Assembly (NCBI GenBank): GCA_008632985.1
Contig: QPGO01000023.1
Span: 124,001 to 188,000, forward strand
Source: Psammoneis japonica
Lineage: Eukaryota
Direction: 5' to 3'
DNA: 64,000 nt
Below, piece after piece: positions 60,848 to 64,000 of this stretch. Each line of letters opens with the position of its first letter. Positions within the stretch are counted from its first letter, which is position 1. Position numbers and translations under genes: made by a program. Below the pieces are notes generated by a model, which searched no databases, was not told where the DNA came from, and saw nothing but the letters and a program-made list of their open reading frames with translations.

Positions 60848-63288
60848 ATGGATCTCGCTCGCCGTTGTCTCCTGGGCGCTGTTGCTGGAGTTTTCCTTGC
60901 TGCTGTTTGCGCACTACGCGTCGACTTTCAGGATGACTTGTCATCGTACTTTGTCTCGCATCATGGCGCACTTCTGTTTAAGGCAGACTGTGGGATTGCT
61001 GTCTTCTTGGATGGAGCCTGGCAGAGTCAGACAACCGAATCACTTCGTCTGCGAGAAAAGAAGGTGGTTTCTGGTAAAGATCTTGGACTCGGTAGATACC
61101 ATGGGATAGAACTCTCTTGGCTTGCTGGTCCCGGTAGCACTCCATTTGTCACAACAGTGAAATCCTATGAATCAGGGTTTGATGTTGCATTCGAGTACAG
61201 ATTCCCGTCGGGGGCCAAGGGACAAGTCTTGTAGATTATCAACCGAATGCCACACGAGACGACGTGATTACAAACTTTCCGGCTTTCAATAATATTGCGC
61301 TTCCTAATTCACTCTCTTGGAGTGGAAGCTTTGTTCAACCTGTGACTGGGATGTCCAAGGGCCCTACCGGCGGCCCTACGGTATTCTTCAGAGCTGCCGA
61401 TCCAGAACTCAAAACTGTGGTAGTCGGAAGTGCCATCAACCATTTCAAGGCGAGCTCCGCAGGACCAGGGATTACGTGGGATGGAACAAGGGGCGCTTGG
61501 GTACCAGGAACAACAGCAACCATTCGAAATCTCGAGCCCGGCTTTCGCCACAAATTCCTTCTCCATCTCGGAAGACACGAAGGCATCACTGCTGCCGTGT
61601 CAGAGTGGGGAGCGATTCTTCAGCGATTGTATCGCACCTACAAGATTCCAGATGTCACTCTGACTACTATCGGATATCAAACGGACAATGGAGCTGCATA
61701 CACCTTCTGTACAGGAAATTGCACACTGACGCTCTTGCGAAAGATGAAGGAACTAAATGAAATCGGTGTCCCGATGGGGTATTTGTCCTTTCAAGGCCGA
61801 GGTGCAAGCCTTCCAATTTCGTCCGAAGAAGAGAGAAGAGCGCAATATGTTGCGAAGAATGGAGCTCCTTGGTGCATCGACACCTGGGGCCCGGATTTGC
61901 AGAATGGGACAAACGAGTATCCTGTTTCGCTCAAGGAGTTCCAACGGGCATTAGGTATACCGCTTCAGCTTTACGCCCCGTACTTTTGTCCCTCTTCCCC
62001 ATACTTTTATCCTACAAACGCCTCCTCACCATGGAGGTCCATATTCTCAAATTCGACGCTGGATGGTTGCGACTCTTTTGATTTCCAAAACGTCGAACCT
62101 AGTCAGTCGCGTGCCTTTTATGAATGGCTTTTTGCAAAAGGACGTAATGTGGGCATGTTGTCATTCGAACCAGACTTTATGAATCAGAACTACATTTGTG
62201 TCCCTTGTTTTATTCACTCTGCCACCAAGTCTCCGCAGTTTCTACACGCCATGGCCGATGCAGCGCTAGACGCGAATCTCACAATCCAATGGTGCTATGC
62301 GAGTCCAACTGATGTCCTTGAATCCCTTGCAATGCCTTCCGTCACCAACTTTCGTGTGAGTTTTGACTTTTGCTATGGCGAAAGTTGGAACATTGGAACC
62401 AGTTCATTGCTGGTCTGGGCTCTTGGTGCTTTTCCTTCCAAGGACACTCTGTGGACAACTGATAACAACCGTCTCATCGTGCCAGGGTGCACCTGGACAC
62501 CCGACCACGAAGGGCCGGCCGCCGAGCTACACTTGGTACTTGCATTGATGAGCATGGGTCCGGTAGGCATCTCAGACGCACTGGGATTCTCTAACGCAAC
62601 ACTGTTAAAACGAGCAATTACTCAGAATGGGACGCTTCTAAAGCCGTCAAAGTCAATCACCACAGTTGATTCGTTTTTGGCTCTCGGCAACAAGCACCCA
62701 AGGCCATGTGTATGGAACCTATTCGACCGTCGGCGAGGTTACAGTGCACCAGCTGGTTTCGTTCCAACTGGAGAGTACGTGCTCACTTAATCCTCTTGAT
62801 TTGTTTCCCCCAGTGGATAGCGCGACTCGTACCTACGTTTACCGAAGATTTGGGTCAACTTGCAACAACGGCACGAACGCCACTTCATGCGTAAGTGTTG
62901 TCAAAGCCGAAGCATTAGCCTCTATTTTACTACCAAGAGCCGACTTTGAGAACGAGACAAATGGAAACAGCTTCTCGCCAACCACCACAACCATTTGGCC
63001 TGTATGCGAAGCTCGGGTTGGGTTGTGCTTGGTGACTTGGGCAAGTATGTTCCCTTAAGTTCCATTCGATTCGTAGACGTGAATTGCACATTGCATGGAG
63101 CTGACTTCAAAGTCAAGGGAATACCAGGGGAAGTCGTCCCGGTCACAATTCTGACCAATGTGCTCTCCTCTGAAGCAGAAGTTCTGGTGTTACGTTTAAG
63201 ACTCCCGGCGGATCTGGGTAATCTCGCGGTAAGGTGTCAGTACAACGACTGCATCGCCGGCCGCAATAAATATGCAGCAAATGTTTAG
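60848..63288 (+). CDS. Secreted or membrane-anchored glycoside-hydrolase-like protein (clan-D GH27/GH36-like); frameshifts near 61221, 62690 and 63010
   Basis: Signal anchor, GYQTDNGA, FEPDF, FRVSFD, SMGPVGISD...LLKPS resemble the raffinose-synthase/GH36 C-terminal motif; four ORFs tile the gene. Confidence 0.6.
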
Positions 63289-63299
63289 TTGGAGCAAGC

Positions 63300-63898
63300 A
63301 GTGCAAATGAGTTTGAATGAAACACAGGATGCAGTTCCCGCACAGGCTTAATTGCAGAATGATAGTCAGTCGGCAATTGCATCATGACTTTGATGAGTAG
63401 TTTGCGCTCCAGCTGCCTCTCGTTATCCGCCATCAACAAACCACCAGCGTAAGAAATCGCCTTCCGAATCATTTTGGCAGACAATTTTGGAAAGAGCAGA
63501 GCAAGAACGGCCTTTTTTTTTGCAAAGAAATGGCGCAAGTCAGCAGAGGAGAGCGTGTCAGCGCTAGGCTCAGCCACGCGTCATGGAACACTTCGTGCCG
63601 CACAATACCGGCGGATCTCCCATTTCTCAGATTGCCGTGGGGATCGTGGCATGGACTCGCATCGAATTTGGCGTAGAAAACCAATCGACGATGGTAATGT
63701 GGAATCAAGCGAAATAACGACAACAGAAGTAGTTCCAAAGACTCGACCGACGAGACCCACACTGGTGTATCCACACGCCCTTACTGATGTGGCCGTTTTG
63801 TTCACGAAATTGCATGTAACAAATCGCACAGTGTCAGATTGGCGCAGGGTGGTAAAGTGTACACATGGGGTGCCAGTCATGTCGGACAATGTGGTCAC
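63300..63898 (-). pseudogene. Possible gene remnant with in-frame TGA at 63581
   Basis: ORFs 63581-63898 and 63143-63577 share a frame separated by one TGA; no family recognised. Confidence 0.2.
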
Positions 63899-64000
63899 AT
63901 CCCTGATAATGCACAGAAGGTTGTACTACTACTTACTCTTATCTCTACTAGAGGGCTACCGGTATCAGGTATAGGCTCGCCTCACTACTGCATCGGTAGC

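Noticed and set aside
1..64000. tRNA/rRNA genes, and an encoded deaminase or methylase responsible for the TA loss
   Set aside because: None recognised by eye; the nearby 2OG-Fe dioxygenase is TauD/BBOX-type, not TET/JBP or AlkB.

Overview
Eukaryotic nuclear DNA, most likely from a diatom. This is inferred from the compact genes, short GT-AG introns, signal-peptide+AF plastid presequences and diatom-type protein families. Ordinary genes include MgtC-like, PDZ, DUF4239, two sulfotransferase-like paralogs, a TauD-family dioxygenase, NFACT-R, RPB12, a metzincin, an AFG2-like AAA ATPase, an FAD oxidoreductase, NOT2, an alpha/beta hydrolase and a GH-like protein. They alternate with four sharply bounded domains (~7925-12190, ~14260-18310, ~21345-23200, ~53220-60060) in which the dinucleotide TA is almost eliminated and TG/CA are abundant; CG is also lost in the domain cores. 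These domains hold duplicated or decayed genes (ABC1 kinase, crinkler-like, LRR-like, oleosin-like) whose Tyr codons appear converted to Cys/His and whose TAA/TAG stops are mostly gone. This points to a region-targeted TpA->TpG/CpA hypermutation, the reverse of fungal RIP, which can occur without CpG decay. Two intact MITEs (one piggyBac-like) and an NlpC/P60-like gene sit as unmutated islands within or beside the domains. Many host genes carry 1-bp homopolymer frameshifts that look like long-read assembly errors, so the TA-loss signal should be confirmed on independent reads. All counts were made by eye and no database searches were run.
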